Shown here piece by piece: positions 1 through 14,565 of a stretch of 64,000 bases of DNA; the first letter of the stretch is position 1; every line of letters starts with the position of its first letter. The DNA comes from Octopus vulgaris (taxonomy: Eukaryota): positions 111,786,001-111,850,000 of the forward strand of contig OX597823.1 of NCBI GenBank assembly GCA_951406725.2, given 5' to 3'. The translations under genes and the position numbers were made by a program. The notes under the pieces are model-generated. The model ran no database searches, was not told where the DNA came from, and worked only from the letters and a program-made list of their open reading frames with translations.

Positions 1-101
1 CTTCTACTGTAAGACGAGGCTCCCGGACAAAAACAAAATACTCGAAATAACCCACGCAGACAGAGAAGAAAAATAACGAAATTCACTCGGTATTTGGTTA
101 C

Positions 102-377
102 CTGTGGACGCGTTTCGGAATTAGATCGGTATGAAGAATGTAAAGATCAAACTTTACCCAAACATTTTCCTCTTCAGCATGAGATTCCACGATATTAAAT
201 CCGAGGGCACTGGAAAAATTGAACATGCCTATCCAATTCACAACAGTATCAGACAGATCACATTCAACGTCCAGTACCGGCGAATTCAAAATATACGAAT
301 GAGGTTCCTCATCTTCCCTCGCCCATCCACTACATTGTTTAAGTTTACCGAAAAATGATCCTTTTTCATGCCGAATT
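102..377 (-). CDS. Candidate internal coding exon of an unidentified host gene (276 nt, phase 2-2)
   Basis: Stop-free frame IRHEKGSFFGKLKQCSGWAREDEEPHSYILNSPVLDVECDLSDTVVNWIGMFNFSSALGFNIVESHAEEENVWVKFDLYILHTDLIPKRVH. Donor AG|GTAACC at 102/101; acceptor AAGTAG| at 378/377; length divisible by 3; GC/CpG higher than the flanks. The polypyrimidine tract is weak and I do not recognise the protein. Confidence 0.5.
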
Positions 378-440
378 CTACTTGGTAGAATTATTAATTA
401 CTAGTTAATTAATTAATTTTACCCTTTATTATCATTGAGA

Positions 441-493
<53 letters not shown>

Positions 494-799
494 TATATAT
501 ATATTTATATTTATTTATTTATTTATTTATTTATTTATATGTATTTATGTATATGTATGTGTGTGTATACATACACACACATACATACATACATACATAA
601 CATACATACATAGCAACTTCAGATTTATAGTTAGAAGTACCCAGAGGCACAAACTAATATGAAAAAGGAAGTTATGAAAGCTGAAGGATCCTTCAAATGA
701 CCAGAGATTGACAGATGTTGTATATGTATGTGCATGTGTGTGTGTGCGCGCGTGTGTTTGTGTGTGTATGTATGCGTGTATCAAATATCTTGTAATGCC

Positions 800-1150
800 T
801 GGATAACTGTTCCCTGAACAGCAAAAACTTGCCCTGGAATGATGAGAAATACATTCAAGGAGAGATACATGAGGCATTTGGCTTCGTTCAGAGGCAAAGA
901 CAAAAAACACTCGTCAACTTTATACAATATGGTATGCATGCTTAAAAAGAGGAATGTAAACAACCCCCCATATAAACTGAAGCATCATAGTGAGGCTAGA
1001 AAATTTAGGGGACTGGCAGCGAATGCAACCTCTGTATCACAGAAAAATTGAATATTATAATCAACAATGACCCTTTAAATATTAAGGAAGAAACATTCTC
1101 CTCTTGCATGCATAAAGAGCAATTCATAGTTCAAAATTTCAAAAATGACT
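800..1150 (+). mobile_element. Penelope-like element fossil, C-terminal GIY-YIG endonuclease region
   Basis: GMMRNTFKERYMRHLASFRGKDKKHSSTL, then (frameshifted) GSECNLCITEKLNII...LNIKEETFSSCMHKEQFIVQNF. This matches the PLE pattern FKxRYxxH...CxLCxxEK...LNxxxE..SxCxH. Confidence 0.8.
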
Positions 1151-1379
1151 CTCAACCTACTCTGCTACCCTTCAAATAATGAGTGTTTTTTTGGATATTG
1201 TCTCTATGCGCATTATAGTTTATATGTACATTAAAGACATATACCCCCATGAAGTTATGCTGAATTTCTTAAATCTATGAAATGCCATACATAATTATAT
1301 GCACGTGAATGCGCATATACACACACGTACACAAACATATGCACACACATTTTCCTCATGAAATCTCGGACAGAATTTA

Positions 1380-2450
1380 AAAACATTTTATCACTGGAAG
1401 ATTAAAATTCATCTTTGTTAATTTAATGGCAATATTTACAAACAAATATCTGGAACTGCGATGGGTACAGAAATCACTCTGACTTACGCAAATTTAAGAG
1501 GTCCAGATACATTGACAATTTAAATCAAAATATGGCTTGGAGTTCCAGAAAAATTTACTAGAAAATAGTAGTATCAATTTCATAATTTTAAAACTCGACT
1601 ATCGTTCTGGACATTCCAATCACCAAAACAGGCAAAAACTTTGATAAAGTTATTGATTTCAAAAACCTAATTAACAGTATTCCAGTTAAGCTATCAAGAA
1701 GAATCTGTATAATTGTTTCAAATATTGAAACTCGCAATAAAGTCTCCCGGAATACAAACAAATACTTAAGAGAAAATACCTATCATTGTTAATAGGCATC
1801 AGAATAGAGTGTGCCAAAGCAACAGATATTCAAGAATTGTTAAAAATCAAAAGCATTTCAGATACACCCAATACTTTACCCTTTATTACAACACACAACT
1901 CCCAAAACACAGGGGTTAATAAAGTTATCCCTAGAACATCCCACTACTGAGGCAAGTCACAAGAATGAAAGAAAACCTCGATAAACACAAAAATTAAAAG
2001 GAAAAGACAGCAAAAATCCTTAGATAAAGAAACTACTCACTAACGTTAAATTACCTTCCACAAATCCCCCACCGGTAGTCAAAAAGTTTGGCCTCCTTAA
2101 CAGTGGGATTTGCATTAACTTCGGTGAAGATAAGAAATATAAATTTAAATCAGATCAGATTTTACCATAAAAAATCACTTTACCAGTTTGTTAAAAAATT
2201 TAATATATGCTATTAAATGTAAAGGATGTAATGTAGATTATATAGGTCAAACAAAACTCACTCTCAGAAATAGACAACAAATACAGGTACTAGACAGATC
2301 CTACTGAGTGGACACATAGACATATGTGAAAAAATAAGTTTTCCATATTCCAAATGATTCCACTCTATCTTTGTTCTGTCAATACCACAGACCAAGCCCA
2401 GATAACCAAACAAAATATATTCATAGAAAAGTACAAACTACATTCATGAA
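1380..2450 (+). mobile_element. Penelope-like element fossil, RT C-terminus plus GIY-YIG (a second family)
   Basis: Motifs in order, with stops and frameshifts: KQISGTAMGTEITLTYANL (RT), NSIPVKLSRRICIIVSN, LPFITTHNSQN, NLIYAIKCKGCNVDYIGQTKLTLRNR (GIY-YIG). Confidence 0.85.
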
Positions 2451-3592
2451 CAACTAGTCACACACAAACTCATTCTACTGCTTGATATGTTGAATTCATA
2501 CAGCTAACAATCTAAGCTTTGGACATAATTATGACTTTTCTCCGCATGAAACTAGTGCATAAATTTAGCGAAAAACAAAATTTGATACCTGGGTACCACT
2601 CTACTACTTGAAAGATTAAACTTAGAGAGCCTTGTTTTAGGACTGTCTCACTCAACCATGTCAGCCTTAAGTTTTAGTGCCAAAAATATTACCTAAGTGC
2701 CATGCAGTGGAATTGAGCCAAAAACCTCGTAGTTGAAAAACAAGCTTCTTAACCATATGTGCACACATTTATACATATATACTGCTAGAGAGTAAGAAAG
2801 AGATAAACAGATATATGGATAGATAAAAAGACCAATAAGTATGTGTGGGGGGAGTGAGTGAGAGAAATCTATCATATACTTACAAAGATGTGCATGTATA
2901 TAATGCAGTTAATAAAAAAATTAGCAGACGAAAATTCAAGACACAAAAAATTTATGAACAAATAAACATTCTTTCAAAATACGAACATTCCAGAACAGTT
3001 AATTGAAATAATTAAATATCTACAAAAAATATTCAATTATTTATGTATAAATCTTAGACATTAGCAAATTTGCATGTTCATATTTTTAATATTTTTATGT
3101 ATTTATATATATATAGGAATTTATTTACATTCGTTTCAGCTTTTTTTTTGTACATCTTTCAAGGGTATTGTATTTTAAGTAAATTTCTCGTTAGATTTCA
3201 TAAATATGATCGTTTATTTTTTTTCAATTTCAAAATGTGTTATTAAAAGTTCTTTTCACCCATCCATTATAATTTTTGTGCATATTCATTTTAATTATGT
3301 ATTTTTGTTTATAAGTTTTGGCTAATTCATTCAGTACATAAAAACATATGAAAATATATTTACACACAAACACACACACAAATATATATACATACACACA
3401 TGCATGCATACACGCATATATCGTATGATGGTTATGTATATACATGCCTGTGTAGCATATAAGTTAAAAGACATTTTTAACTGTACGTTATAACCTTTTT
3501 GCATGCACACTTTTACAACTTAAGCATTCATTACACACCCATGTATATATACATATACATACATCTATATAAGTGCATAAATATATATACAT

Positions 3593-3623
<31 letters not shown>

Positions 3624-3915
3624 GATGGATAGATAGATAGATAGATAGATAGATAGACAGACAAATAGCTAGATTAGATAGATATACATATATATACATA
3701 TATATATACACACACACACGCACATATATATATATATATACACACACATGCATACATATATATGTAAATGCATGTGTGTCTATATGTTATATATATCTAA
3801 ATGGAAGTGTTTGAAGTTTTTGTTTATTAGTGTATTGACATTGACATGTATATACACGTATATACATAAATACACATATATATATACATATATATATATA
3901 TATACATATTTATTC

Positions 3916-3953
<38 letters not shown>

Positions 3954-4333
3954 TTATATATATTTATTTATATATGTATGTATGTCTATATAAATAAAGC
4001 ACATGCTTCTGTCAGTTTTCTTCTATGTGAACTCAAGCATCTATTTGAGCAAATGCAAAATAAAAAAGAATCTACATTAAAAGAAATTTTGATTTTGAAA
4101 CAGCAGAGTAAAATGATAAAAAATATTTAAGTGAAAGAAGTCTAACAAGTTAAAACAAATGCCAACAATTCTTTTTTCCTTTTTGTGTGTGCATTTATAT
4201 GTATGTTTGTGGATGTAGTTTATTAAAATATATATCTATATTCATTTATTCATTTATTGATTTCAAACCATGGCTACATATATATATATATATGCACATA
4301 CATATATACATGTGTCTGTGTGTTTGTGCACAC

Positions 4334-4367
<34 letters not shown>

Positions 4368-4553
4368 GAAGAGAGTGAAAAAAATATTTTCTCATAAAAA
4401 TCTCATTTCCCATTGGTGTTAAGAATCTGTCATTTTTCTCAATATAGAAAGCATCAAATTATTCTCATTAATTTAATGCAAATACCTCAATAAGTAAAAT
4501 GTTAAATAAATAAATATTCAAATACACAAATTGATACTTAAATAAATTAGCAA

Positions 4554-4590
<37 letters not shown>

Positions 4591-5833
4591 AGGTAACAAG
4601 GATATAAAAGTAATCTCTTTTACGTTTGTAGTGTTCTTATCTTTTATTTTCTCATGTTTTTCACATCAACTTACATTGAAATATTTCAATATTTTTTGGT
4701 TCAATTTTTTGAGTTGAGAAGATTGTTTTACTGTCTTTTATTGACTGCTCGTTAATGACAATATTTTATGCATTTGTCTATGTAGCTGTGTGCCTATGCA
4801 TGTGTGCATATATGTATGTGTGTGTGTGTATAGATAGATATAGATATAGATAAATAGAAAAGCAGATACATACATATACACACACATATGTATATGATTT
4901 TAAAATTCTTTACATGGCTTTGATCTCTTTGAGCTCTTGTTCTTAATCGCCATCATTATTATCATTATCAATATCATTTCTCTCTTCCTTTTTTCCTTCC
5001 CTATACTTTCCTGCTCGCTTTTAAGAAATAATTTTACATTCTCGTTAAGCATTACATCACTCAGTCAATGAATCAATCAATCAAAATATTTAGTTCAATT
5101 TATGTTTTCTTTGACTTCAACAAACCGAGAGAGAAATTTTGTAAATTAGAAGGAATTAAAAAAAACCCATTCAGATACCAACAAAACGAAGAGCAAAAAT
5201 TCCTTACAAGATCTGTAAATATAAATGCACACAAATAACAGTTAAAAGAATATTTTATAAATCTTATAAATTTTCAAAGAACTATTTATCAATTAGGAGT
5301 TAAATATATAATACAAATAATGGCTTACAGTTTTTCTTTCTTCATTTACTTATTTTAAATCATTTGGCCATACAAATTTTTTAAATCTTTTTCAAAGTTT
5401 TTAAAATAACTTATAGGCATGATTGTGTTATTAAGAAGGAAGTTTCAATAACCCCATAGTTCTTGGTTCCATCCCACTGAGCAGCAAATTGAGCAAGGGT
5501 TCCCCGTTATCCTGCCAGGCTGTTGAATATCTTGTGGTTATAATTTAATGGCTGGAGCAGTTCAGAAATCCAACATATGTCTGTTGTCATCATCACCATT
5601 ATGTTTTTTGTTTTATGTCTGTTTTTCTCTTGTAGAATATGTTTCGTGACACATTCTTTGGCAGAGTGGTGTCTAGAAGTTCCTTTGGTTCTTGTTATGG
5701 TTAGGCCACAACATTTATTGTGCTGATAGTACAATAAAATACATCCAATCATGACTATTCTGCCTTTATATTATATATATACATATATATATATACACAT
5801 ATATATATATATGCGTGTGTATATATATATATA

Positions 5834-5944
<111 letters not shown>

Positions 5945-6183
5945 AGTACTTTATTATACAAGTCAATCCTATTATTAAAACACTTGTGTGAGCTGAAGGA
6001 AATTTGGCTGTCATTTTCTGCAGGTTAAGTGTCTATGCAGAGCTTTCCTCCTTAATTCATAAACATCAGATTACAGCAGTTATTTAACCCTAAGTCAACT
6101 TTGATTAAGCATACCTATGATCAAACATATTCCATCCATGACCATCTAGCTCATCTTTTGATTTTTTTTCATTTTATGTAAAA

Positions 6184-6320
6184 CATCATCATCCTCATCA
6201 TCATTTTACTACTCAATTTTCTATGCTTGCATGTGTCTGACAGAATTCATCAAGGCAGACATTATTTATGGTTAGATTCCTTTCCTGTTGCTAACCCTCA
6301 GTTGTTTCCAAGTGCTGTAA
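6184..6320 (-). mobile_element. Old copy of the RTE LINE 3' UTR with (GAT)n tail
   Basis: Degenerate reverse complement of the ...catgcaagcatggaaa...(gat)n end seen at 18312-18680. Confidence 0.5.
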
Positions 6321-8122
6321 TACTTTCCTATGCTAGATATATTTTCACTGAAGAATGAAAATGAAGGAGACTGTTTGAACAACAACGATGCTATTTTACA
6401 ACTATCACTTGATGTCAAGACAAGGAAACACACAGAAACTCATATTCACATGCACCTATAGACATATCTGCTGATTTAAATGCTGGTGAGGAATATGGTG
6501 ATAAGCATGATGTGTATGTATGTCTGCATGAAATGTGTATAACAAACACAGCGTACATTTTCTCAAGGCTCTTCAATCCAATCATCGATTTCCTGTGATT
6601 TCATTCAAATCTTTGCACGTCTGAAAAAATCAGTTAGACAATTGAAAACATCAAGTTTACATAGGAATTGTAATTCCTATGCCATTGCCATCATGAAATT
6701 GAAATAACCAAAGGACAAATTCTTGATGGAATTGCGAAACAGGTTTGAATCTTAGAAGAACTTTATAGATGTAGATGTTGAGAGAAGCAGAAGAAATTTA
6801 ATAAAATATTTTTGCATTTGTTTCCATGAGGAAAATTTGCTACAGAACCAGATTGGAAATGTAATGATGCTTTCAATAAATAGATATATTTCTGGGTTTA
6901 GAGAATATTAAGGTTTTTACAGTTGCCTAATTCCAACTTAATGAAATTTGGAAATGAAATATTGAAGCAAATAATATAACATAAATAATATTTGATAAAC
7001 TGAAATATAAATAAAGATATTATTTGTACAAAATAAACAAAAACATATAATTAAATGTAAGTTTTAAAAAGAATAAATGCATAGCTGTCTGAAATAATTA
7101 AAAGAATTTTTTTTTTCTTCTAATTAACCATGAATTGTTAAAACATTAAGATCGTTAATATAAAATGAACAAAATGATTATTTGGATAGTGTAAGAAAAA
7201 TGCTTGTCATTTTGCACTAAGAAAAGATTTAGACTTTTAAGACTCATGGTCTAGAAAATAAAACACACTGTAATTAAGCATACTCTAATTAATTAATGGA
7301 TTTAAGAAGGCAGAGTTTATGGTATAAAATTGATGTAAGGTTGAGTGATTTTGGCATCTTCACTATTGTTTATATTATGATTACATGTCTACTTCACCAC
7401 TTGGTGAAATTAGGAAGAGTATTCAGTAATAAAACCCCAGATCAAAGATTTCTGATACAGGCACAAGATACACAATGCTTGCAGTATATTAGTGATTCTT
7501 ACTTCATCAAAGTAAGTCAACTCTGTTAACTCAGAGTGTAAAAGATAAGTAACTAAATACTACACAGCATATATTATTCATCAGTCTACTGATTCTGTCA
7601 TCTAGTTCCCTCAAAGAAAATTATAACACAAGCTGTGTAAATATAGCTAACACCTCTCAGTAAGTGTGCAATCATATGTAAACAACCTTGAACTACAGCA
7701 ATTAACTTCCACCCACATCAAGCAATACTAGTACTATTTTATAATTTTTACCTCAGGTATCTAATTTCAACCATCGCTACATAAGTTCTACTATTATCAA
7801 TTAATTTCTACTACCATTAGCTAATCATTACAACCATTAAAGAATTTGTGTTGATTTTAAATAATAATATCTACCAATATTTTAATAACCATTAAGCAAT
7901 TTCTGTTGTTAGACAATCGTTTCTACCCCCATTTACTAAATTCTACCAGTGTTAACTCTATCTCTACTACCATTAACCGTTGACTAAATTCTATCATAAA
8001 CCAATTTTTATTATCACTAAATAATTTCTGCCATCAAATTTATGACCATTAAGTAATATCTTCTTTATAGTTTGTGAATTTTCAGTCTACTGCTGTCAAC
8101 ACAAGTAAATATATTAAAGATA

Positions 8123-8443
8123 CTAGCAGTATAGCCCAGAGTTGCTCGGGTTTGTTTCAACCCTTTAGAATTGGAATTTTTGAAAAGTAAAAATTTTGCA
8201 TTGTCAAAAAATCGTAAAAAATAGGGATTTTCATAGAAAAAAAGCACCTTTTTGATGTAAATAATTTTTGGTCTTAACATGGTCCGATTTAAATTCTTTT
8301 TCTACGGAATGAAGAACAAGCCTTCTTCTATCATACTCTCAATTTTGGTCAACTTGCGCTGCAGGGTCTCGGAGGAGATAGTGTTAGTTGATGGCTACCA
8401 AACCTGCTACACACACAGATAACTTCAGCTTTATATATATAGA
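8123..8443 (-). mobile_element. Non-autonomous Helitron-like element
   Basis: On the minus strand it starts TC(TATATATATAAAGCTGAAG) and ends CTAG followed by T, with a GC-rich subterminal hairpin CCCGAGCAACTCTGGG about 10 nt upstream of the end. Confidence 0.7.
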
Positions 8444-8805
8444 ATAGTAGAGATGCTTCAAAGATGGTGAGCTGCTGTGGGTTGTGTAAAAGAAGTTATA
8501 CAGAATTTTTGCTGTTGTTGTGTTTTAGCCTCAGATCAGCTCCAATTCAACAGATCTTATAAGTGAAGGTGTTCCAGCCATGCCCATGCCATATGATATG
8601 CAAATATTCTTCATTGACACTCATTACAAAGACCGTAGGTAAAGTTTGTAAATTGAGTTAAGATTTCATTTTTACAAACTGGTGTATACCAAAGGATTAT
8701 CTATAAAGTCCCTTCTATTCTACATAGGTTCTTGAAGGAATGGCACTGGGGTTCAGAACTAGCACACACTGAAAACTTTCTAAAGCTGTAGACTGGATTT
8801 TGGGA

Positions 8806-9152
8806 CATGGGTTCTCAACCATTTTTTATCTATGGACCCTTTTGAAATGATATTTTATTCTGGTGGATTGCCATAACCATTCGATATTTAAGAACTATTT
8901 CTATAGAAGCTTCTTTCAAAATTCCTATTTGTTTTTTTTACACGTTAATTTGTGTCGGTTGAACTATGTAAAATGTTAGAGAAAAACAGCTGTTTCTTGC
9001 AATACACACCATTATATACGCCTAAAGCAAAATTTTGTCAGGGGCTCTTAAAATATTATTGTGGTTCCCCAATTTACTGTTTTGTTACATGGAACCCCAA
9101 AAATCTAATATAGATCCTCAGGGGCCATATGGATACTGCTTGAGAACCAGTG
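8806..9152. mobile_element. hAT-type MITE
   Basis: TIRs CATGGGTTCTCAA / TTGAGAACCAGTG. The 8-bp flanks TTTTGGGA and TTTTAGAA match at 6/8 (degenerate TSD). Confidence 0.7.
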
Positions 9153-11474
9153 TTTTAGAACAAACAGGATTTAGGAAAATGCTGCTGTAAAGATTCTAAA
9201 CTTAAAGAAATGTTCAAGAATTCAATACATCACATTTTGTAAGAGAACAAGAAATCCAAGTACCAACTGAGAAATGGTTTCTTTATGCATATAAAGGAGT
9301 ATTTGTTAGGAACTCAATACTGTATGTAATGCAAATAACAGGAGTACAAGAGATATTATGAGGTATCTGAAGGGTTGGTAAATAATCAAGCCTTCACTTG
9401 TGATAGACATACAAGAGGAGCTACCAGGAAGATATTCCAGCTAAGCAAGTTTAATGGATGACTTGACTGTTTCACTAGAAGTAACACAAATATTGTTACT
9501 TAAGTTACCCATCCAAAGGCAGAGATGGTTTTAAGGAAACCATTACAGCTTTAGTGTAAGGAGACAAGCTAGATGTACAGGGAACTTTTCTGTACAAACA
9601 GTAGGCAGTATGGAACCGCGGTAAGAACTATCATGTGGTAAGGACAATAAAGTTTGATCTATAGAAAGGTGAGAGAACTAAGTCAAGTACAACCTGTTGG
9701 ATATGGATTGCTAATTTGTTAGAAAGACTGAGCATTAAAATCCTTAACTTCTGACTGTAGAAGCAGCTGAGTTGGAATGAACAATAGATGACCCCTAAAA
9801 AATAAGTGAAGTTCTGCTATAATTTGCTGCTACTTCTGGAAGGTGCCTGGATTAGTATACAGACCAAAGAAGTTAGGGAGTTTTATTGTTGTTCAGATTT
9901 ATTTACCTTAGGGGTGTCAGATGTGTGCTGACCCAGTTTGAGTTAAACCTCACTATGACCATTTCTAAGCCATGTCAGCCTGTTAAAACTTAATTTGAAA
10001 TTATGATAATTTTGGTGGTAGTTTAGTTGGGGGGAGGGGGTTGTAATGGTGATGGTGATGATGGTAATGATGTTGATGGTGGTGGTGGTGGTGGTGGTGG
10101 AAGCAGTGGTAATAATGTCAACAATCATGACTAAGGCTGGAATATTCATGGTATAGAGTTATGTGTGTATATATGTGCGTAAGACATATATCTACATCAT
10201 GACCATGAATATCAGAACCTCAATCATAACCATCAGCACCACCAACTACACACACACACACACACGCACGCACACACATTCACATATACATATACACATA
10301 TATACATACATGCACACATATACATGCATGCACACACACATATCGATGGATAGATAGATAGAAAGACAGATAGATAGATAGAAAGACAGATAGGTGATAG
10401 ATAGATAGATAGATAGATGGATAGATAGATGGATAGATAGATAGATTGGTTGATAGATAGATAGACAGATATATATATACGCATACGTGTAAGTATGTGT
10501 GTGTATATATTTGTGCAGTTTTATTCCTTTGTGGGTTTTCAAGAATCAACCAGAAATTTTTCTTCAAAGCACCATCTCCTATCTTCAACAGATCAACAAC
10601 AAAAACCATAATTTACATTCAACGCAGTGGTCTTCTTCCTCAATTGCATTATAACTCTATCATCTTCAGATTAACTTTTAATATTTGCATTCTTCATTTT
10701 ATTTTTATTCATTTTTATTTGTTTTCATTTATTTTCTTTTTCTTTTACTTTCTATTCTGGTCTTGTTCTTTTTTTCTTTTCCAGAAAACAAGGAATGTAG
10801 GTATGTATTCATCAGGATGATTTCTTCTCTGTGCTTGTTTCAGTGTATATGTGCATGCATTGTTGTTGTTTTCGATGTAGTTTCATTTTTAACATTTCTT
10901 TTTCATTATTATATTATACATGGTTGCGTGGTGTGTTTGTCATATTTAAGTAAATGTCGTTGCCAAATCTTTTCGTCTTTTTTTGCATAGTGTTTTATCA
11001 TACGATGTTATATATTAATCTCATTTCAATATCTGTCCCTAAGAATTGAATGAATGCTATTTAAAATACAGTTAGCTTTGATACATATCAAAATATGAAG
11101 GAGGGGAACCAAGCTAAACATTGTCATCATTTTTGTTTGTTTTGTCTGTCATAGTTTCAACACCAACAGGCCACCATACATAAGCACATATGTTTTGGAT
11201 GGAAAGACACATATTTGTTATTGTAAAGAGACAAACTGAAGGACATATATATATATGTATATGTATATATATATATACAAATATATGTATATATATATAT
11301 GTAAATATATAAGTGTATATATTTATGTATATGTATATGTGTGTATATATATGTGTGTGTGTGTTTATATATACATATGCATATGTATGTGTATATATAT
11401 ATATATTTGCATAAACATACACATATACATACTCACAACATACAACATACACATTTAAAGATAGATAGATACTG

Positions 11475-11560
<86 letters not shown>

Positions 11561-11884
11561 CACATTTATATATATATATACATTCATGCATATACATGTG
11601 TGTGTGTTTCATGCCTGTATTTGAGTGTGTGGGTTGAGATGAGAGAAAAAGAGATAGAAATATCCTGGTGCATGAACATGCTGGTGGTGGTGGGGACTTT
11701 GGATATTTTTGGTGTGGAATTGGGCAACTGGGTTTTCTTGTCTGTGTGTCCTTACTGTTGTTGTTATTATCATTCACAGTTTCTTTTTCTGTTGCTATCA
11801 TTTTTATTGTTGCTGTTATTCTTGTTGTGGCAGTAGCAGTGGGGAGGTAATCAGGCTGAACATTCTTAGTGTGGTATAGTGGCA

Positions 11885-11944
<60 letters not shown>

Positions 11945-12149
11945 GTGTGTGTGTATGTGTATACATACACGCAGGCTCACATAGCTTGCCCACACATACA
12001 CACTTACATTCACGCATACACACACCTGCTTGCAGACAATTTGTTCAGCCGGGTCACCATTATTATCTCCCTTTCACTCAACCACTTTCTTCCAGCCATT
12101 TCATCATCTTTAACTGTTAATCCCCACACATTTTTCTCTCTCTCCGTTA

Positions 12150-12305
12150 TTTCATACTCTCTCTGTTTATTTTTTCCTCTCAGTCCTTTCTGTCAAAGAA
12201 CATTGGCTTGAAACATCAAAGACTTTTCCATTCTTCTTCAGCATTAAACTAATAAACCTGCTTGTTTTAGGCACTCTTGTCTTCATCTTTGTTTTCTGTA
12301 AACTG
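12150..12305 (+). mobile_element. Penelope-type terminal repeat remnant with a decayed hammerhead (12186-12221)
   Basis: CTTT-CTGTCAA-A-GAAC/GCTT-GAAAC-ATC-AAAG. Same family as 22120-22270; ends near a (TA)n tract. Confidence 0.5.
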
Positions 12306-12349
12306 GTACTATATGTATATATATATATATATATATAGATACATACTAT

Positions 12350-12393
<44 letters not shown>

Positions 12394-12414
12394 TACATAT
12401 ATATATATATATAT

Positions 12415-12446
<32 letters not shown>

Positions 12447-12450
<4 letters not shown>

Positions 12451-12655
12451 TTAATCCAAACATGAAAACACAAAGAGAAAACACAACAATGCAAAGACTT
12501 GGAAGAAGTATAGTGTTAATGGATGCTTAAGAAAGGAAAGGAAGAAGGAGGATTAAATGTTTCGAGTGGAACTCTTCATCAGAAACATAGGAAAAGGAAA
12601 GATCCAAGGAAGGGTAGACGAAGGAAAAAAATCTCCAACGATACACATGCGATTT
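12447..12655 (-). mobile_element. Penelope-type terminal repeat remnant with a hammerhead core (about 12551-12587)
   Basis: Minus strand TGTTT-CTGATGA-A-GAG-TTCCA-CTC-GAAAC-ATT. Homologous to 29225-29421. Confidence 0.6.
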
Positions 12656-12948
12656 ATGTATATATGTATGTATATACAAATATGGGGGTTTAGTTCACAG
12701 GTGATCTAAACTATTAGGTACACTAGGTAAGTGCTGTAATGAATTTTTAGGGCTCTAAGGTTATAGCCAAAACAGTAGTTATAGAGCTATTGCAGATTTC
12801 TGATATAGTGAATATATAATTGTTAAAGAAGGCAACAAACTTTAAGGCAGAGCAAATATCTCAAATCATATACATTGTTATTATTGGGAAAAAAAACAAC
12901 ATTTTCCTAATAATAATATGAGTTGAGATGTTTATATATATATATATA

Positions 12949-13014
<66 letters not shown>

Positions 13015-13076
13015 ATACATATACATATTAATTTATATACATATACATATACATATATATACATATACATATATAC

Positions 13077-13172
<96 letters not shown>

Positions 13173-13200
13173 GTATATATATATATATATTATAAATATA

Positions 13201-13345
13201 GGTGCAGGAGTGGCTGTGTGGTAAATAGCTTGCTTACCAACCACATGGTTCTGGGTTCAGTCCCACTGCCTGACACCTTGGGAGAGTGTCTTCTACTATA
13301 CCCTTGGGCTGACCAAAACCTTGCTAGTGGATTTGGCAGAGGGAA
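13201..13345 (+). mobile_element. tRNA-derived SINE family A, 5' half
   Basis: Head GGTGCAGGAGTGGCTGTGTGG (A box) and GGTTCAGTCCC (B box), shared with many copies in the window. Confidence 0.85.
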
Positions 13346-13399
13346 ACTGAAAGAAGCCCATCATATATATGTGTGTGTGTGTGTGTATCTTTTATCTTT

Positions 13400-13610
13400 C
13401 ATCTTTTACTTGTTTCAGTCATTGGTTTGTGGCCATGCTGGGGCACTAATTTGAAGGGTTTAGTTGCACAAATCGACCTTAGTATTTATTCGTTTTCTAT
13501 GACTTATTCTAGCAATTGCTTTTTGTAAAACTGTCAAGTTACACAGATGCTAACAAACCAACACCAGTTGTGAAACAGTGGCAGGGAACAAACATAAACA
13601 CAAAGACACC
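13400..13610 (-). mobile_element. SINE family A, 3' half, inverted
   Basis: Reverse complement of the ...cagcatggcc...tgactgaaacaagtaaaa tail. Confidence 0.75.
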
Positions 13611-13743
13611 CACACCCCCCCACACACACACACATATATGTACATATATATATATATATATATGTGTCATAATCATCCTTATTATTGATTTTATGCCTAC
13701 TTTTGATTGATGGCATGGGTTTGATGAAACATTTAAAAATATT

Positions 13744-13957
13744 CTTTTCTACTCTAGGCACAAGGCCCAAAATTTTGGGGGAGAGAGCCAATCCATTAGA
13801 TCGACCCCAGTATGCAACTGGTACTTATTTGATTGACCCTGAAAGGATGAAAGACAAAGTCGACCTCAGTGGAATTTGAACTCAGAACATAAAGACAGAT
13901 GAAATACTGCTAAGAATTTCCCCTGGTGTGCTAATGTTTCTGCCAGCTTATTGCCTT
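13744..13957 (-). mobile_element. SINE family B (Nin/Deu-like central domain)
   Basis: Reverse complement of GCTGGCAGAAAC...TCTGAGTTCAAATTCC...CTTTCATCCTTTC...AAGTACCAG. Flanked by AACATTTA(A/G)AAATATT repeats (TSD). Confidence 0.85.
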
Positions 13958-14164
13958 AACATTTAGAAATATTATTCTATGCCCCGATATGATTTCTTTC
14001 ATGCTTTTCAAGTAAGGTATTCGTATTTCTCTGATCTTTCAAGACTACTGTAACTGTATAAACCACTAACTGTATCGTTTAGACAAAATGTAAACAAATA
14101 CCCTGTTGCTCATACACTGTCAATGTGAACATATGTGGAGCAAACATTTGCACATAGAACAGGC

Positions 14165-14400
14165 ATAAATGCCACATAGAAGCACTCATGTGGTACCATA
14201 GAATAAAAGTGCCCATGCAATACCATGTAAAAGCACCCAGCACACTCTGTAAAGTGGTTGGCTTTAGGAAGGCCATCCAGCTGTAGAAACCATGCCAAAT
14301 TGGACTGGAGTCTGGTGCAGCTCCCCAGCTTGTCATCTCTGGTCAAATCGTCCAGTGCATGCCAGCATGGACAACAGATGTTAAATGATGATGATGCTGA
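14165..14400 (+). mobile_element. RTE LINE 3' UTR copy
   Basis: GTGGTTGGCTTTAGGAAGGCCATCCAGCTGTAGAAAC...GTTAAATGATGATGAT. Confidence 0.75.
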
Positions 14401-14565
14401 TGAGGGGAAGGATGATACAATATGTTTCCGTTGAGCTTTATTCAATCAAATTTCTAGCCCAAGACGACAGTGGAAGACACTTGTCCAAAGTGTTACAGAG
14501 TGGGATGGACCCCAAATCTAGTTGGTTGACCACAAATCCATACCTGCACCAATATATTAACTGTG

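Noticed and set aside
9200-9950. Purine-rich unique-looking block, possibly an old LINE endonuclease region
   Set aside because: Only one weak motif (VVQIYLP) and many stops.
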